Translations under genes and position numbers: made by a program
In this document: in pieces, positions 60,927 to 64,000 of the stretch
How positions within the stretch are numbered: position 1 is the stretch's first letter
Layout: each line of letters begins with the position of its first letter
Notes under the pieces: model-generated
Seen by the model: only the letters and a program-made list of their open reading frames with translations
Told to the model about the DNA's origin: nothing
Databases searched by the model: none
NCBI RefSeq assembly: GCF_006345805.1
Contig: NC_043022.1
Span: 13,826,001-13,890,000, forward strand
DNA length: 64,000 nucleotides
DNA from: Octopus sinensis
Lineage: Eukaryota
Direction of reading: 5' to 3'

Positions 60927-63900
60927 TTTTCTTTTTTTTATGTCTCTATAAATTATTTTTTTCGATGTCAATCAAGCATTTTTAAGGGACAAGTTGAAAC
61001 TTCTACCTATACCACACAACCATCAGTGCAACAGCTGAAATCAGTTTCAAAATAGGATATCTAAACCTATTTTCGTTATTCATCTTATTTTTGCCTTAAA
61101 GGAGGACCCAGTAGGCCAATGGTTAAAGTTGTGCACAGACAAGGAACTGTAAGACATCCCGACCAAGGTTCAAAACTGATTAAGATGAAAGTAAAACTTT
61201 TTGTCTTAATTTATTTTCTGTCATCTTCATAAAAATTTTTTTTAAATATTCTTAAGAGAGACCAGCTGTCATTCCAACCAAAGTCTTGAAAGTGGATTTT
61301 GGAGACCAAAACTGAAAGAAGCCCGTCATCATCATCATCATCATCATCATTGTTTAGCGTCCGCTTTCCATGCTAGCATGGGTTGGACGGTTCAACTGGG
61401 GTCTGGGAAGCCAGAAGGCTGCACCAGGCCCAGTTTGATCTGGCGATGTTTCTACGGCTGGATGCCCTTCCTAACGCCAACCACTCCATGAGTGTAGTGG
61501 GTGCTTTTTACGTGCCAGACGAGTCTGGCAAACGGCCACGATCGGATGGTGCTTTTTATGTGCCACCGGCATGGGGGCCAGGTGAGGCTGGCAATCGGCC
61601 ACGAACGGATGGTGTTTTTTTTACGTGCCACCGTATATATAATGTATATATAATTATAAATAAGGGCAAAAGAAAAAAATTTTCTATGCCAACATGCTGA
61701 AAAATAGACCTTGGATTGTCCAACTACACATCATATTTTTCACTAGCATTACATCGTGTATTGAAACAAGGACAGCAAGATGACAGACATTTTTGAAAAT
61801 TCCGTTTTCCCCAAATCGGACTGATTCCCCCTCCTGCCACCCTCGCTAAGCAACTAATGTTGGTGTGTTTACATCCATGTAACTTGGCAGTTTGGCAAAA
61901 GAGACCGATAGAATAACTACTAAGGCTTACAAAGAATATAATCCTTGGGTCGATTTCTTTGACTTAAAAAAACCATTTAAGGCGGTGCTCCAGCATGGTT
62001 GCAGTCAAATGACTGAAACAAGTAAAAGAATAGAATAAATATAGATAGATAGGCACAGGAGTGGCTGTGTGGTAAGTAGCTTGCTAACCAACCACATGGT
62101 TCCGGGTTCAGTCCCACTGCGTGGCATCTTGGGCAAGTGTCTTCTGCTATAGCCCCGGGCCGACCAATGCCTTGTGAGTGGATTTGGCAGACGGAAACTG
62201 AAAGAAGCCTGTCGTATATATGTATATATATATATATATGTGTGTATGTTTGTGTGTCTGTGTTTGTCCCTCTAGCATTGCTTGACAACCGATGCTGGTG
62301 TGTTTACGTCCCCGTCACCTAGCAGTTCGGTAAAAATAGACCGATAGAATAAGTACTGGGCTTACAAAGAATAAGTCCCGGGGTCAATTTGCTCAACTAA
62401 AGGCGGTGCTCCAGCATGGCCGCAGTCAAATAAATATAGATAGATATCAAGCAGGAAAATGAAGCTTCAGTGAATGTTTGCAACAACCATAATGTTACGA
62501 TACCAAAATTGCTTCTGTAAGGGAGATGGGGCAACAGTGTAATGGGGAAGGCCCTTCATGGATACAGAAGAGGATACTGAGGAAGATCAAACAGGATATC
62601 GTCATCCCTACTTATCAACCATTCAAGCCCACATTAATCCCAGCCCCTGTCAACTATTATCTCTTCCACTCAGTCTATTTGACCATCCAAACTTTCTGAA
62701 AAATCAATTTTATAAAAATATTTCAAATGTAAAGCAAGATCTTAGGAAACTTCACTGAAAACATTTTAGCTGAAAGAAAATTCACCAGAAGAAATTTCAT
62801 CTGATATGGCCATTTTAATGCATTTTTTCGCTATTATATAAGGGAAGTAACTCTCTAAAAATGTCTACGATGAGTCAACGATTTAAAAAAAAATTTACCA
62901 TCATTTTTTTCCATTTTTAATGCATTTTTTTGCTATTTTGGGGCTATAACTCTCTAAAAATGCTTCTATAGTTATTTCCCTTACAAACCCGAGCAACGCC
63001 GGGCGATACTGCTAGTACATATATACATAGATAATATACATACACACTTTTATCATCATCATCATGTTTTAAAAGCACTGTATGTGTTTCACCTACTTTA
63101 AAAGTACCAGATTTGTTTCATGTACATTAAAGTTCAGTTAAACTTATCATTTCAGTCTAACTTCCCACTTTCTCTGCAGACAATGCAAAGAAATGAGTAG
63201 TTGTGGCATTGATGCCTTTTTTGTAAGAACATATCTATTGAAGAAGTCACACGGTAACACCTAAATCATTGATATTTACCTTAAAGAAGGAAGGTTTTAT
63301 GTTGACCATAGGCGCAGGAGTGGCTGTGTGGTAAGTAGCTTGCTAACCAACCACATGGCTCCGGGTTTAGTCCCACTGCGTGGCATCTTGGGCAAGTGTC
63401 TTCTGCTATAGCCTCGGGCCGACCAATGCCTTGTGAGTGGATATGGTAGACGGAAACTGAAAGAAGCCTGTCGTATATATGTATATATATATGTGTGTGT
63501 GTATATGTTTGTGTGTCTGTGTTTGTCCCCCTAGCATTGCTTGACAACCGATGCTGGTGTGTTTACGTCCCCGTCACTTAGCGGTTCTGCAAAAGAGACC
63601 GATAGAATAAGCACTGGGCTTACAAAAGAATAAGTCCCGGGGTCAATTTGCTCGACTAAAGGTGGTGCTCCAGCATGGCCGCAGTCAAAATGACTGAAAC
63701 AAATAAGAGTAAAAGAGTATAGTATATTACTGGTATGTAATTCATTGATCCTGGGTGGGTGGGTGGATGGAAGTCAAAGTTGAGCAAAACAGAATTTAAA
63801 CAGAAAACCAGGTGCAAGGATGGAAGTAAATACCAAGAGGTATGAGTTTAGTGTCTTATTGGATTCATCCGTTAATAACAAAGATTTCAAACTGGAGTCA

Positions 63901-64000
63901 ATGGCTGAGTTTTAGTTGCAACAACCCAATTATTGGTTTCAAATTTGGGGGAAAGGGTAAGTCAATTACACACTGACCCCAGTGTGCAACTGGTACTTAT

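Noticed and set aside
51212-64000. A second host gene downstream of XRN1
   Set aside because: No exon-like sequence with coherent splice sites and non-transposon coding signal was found.

Overview
This is eukaryotic, AT-rich, repeat-dense genomic DNA. It is most likely a coleoid cephalopod (Octopus-like), inferred from the SINE families and the (TA)n/(CA)n/(TATG)n load. It holds one host gene: the 3' part of XRN1 (5'-3' exoribonuclease 1), assembled by hand as 20 GT-AG exons on + (438-51211). These join into one open frame of about 1191 codons, from the end of the catalytic region to the C-terminal KKKRSRLAANF motif; the 5' exons lie upstream of the window. Introns and the downstream flank are filled with mobile DNA: at least five SINE families, RTE and CR1-group LINE remnants, mariner, DD37D, hAT, piggyBac, Kolobok-like and Helitron elements, Penelope-like termini and satellites. 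Most notable observations: (1) an antisense 5S rRNA + intact tRNA-Leu(UAA) + RTE-type tail cassette that splits an RTE remnant; (2) several Penelope-type minimal hammerhead ribozyme motifs, one with an intact core inside a perfect 168-bp palindrome and one attached to a tRNA-derived head; (3) a CR1 LINE whose 3' tail, including a covarying stem-loop, matches the dominant SINE; (4) tandemly duplicated in-frame splice donors. Everything was read by eye; family names come from recalled consensus motifs, not database searches.
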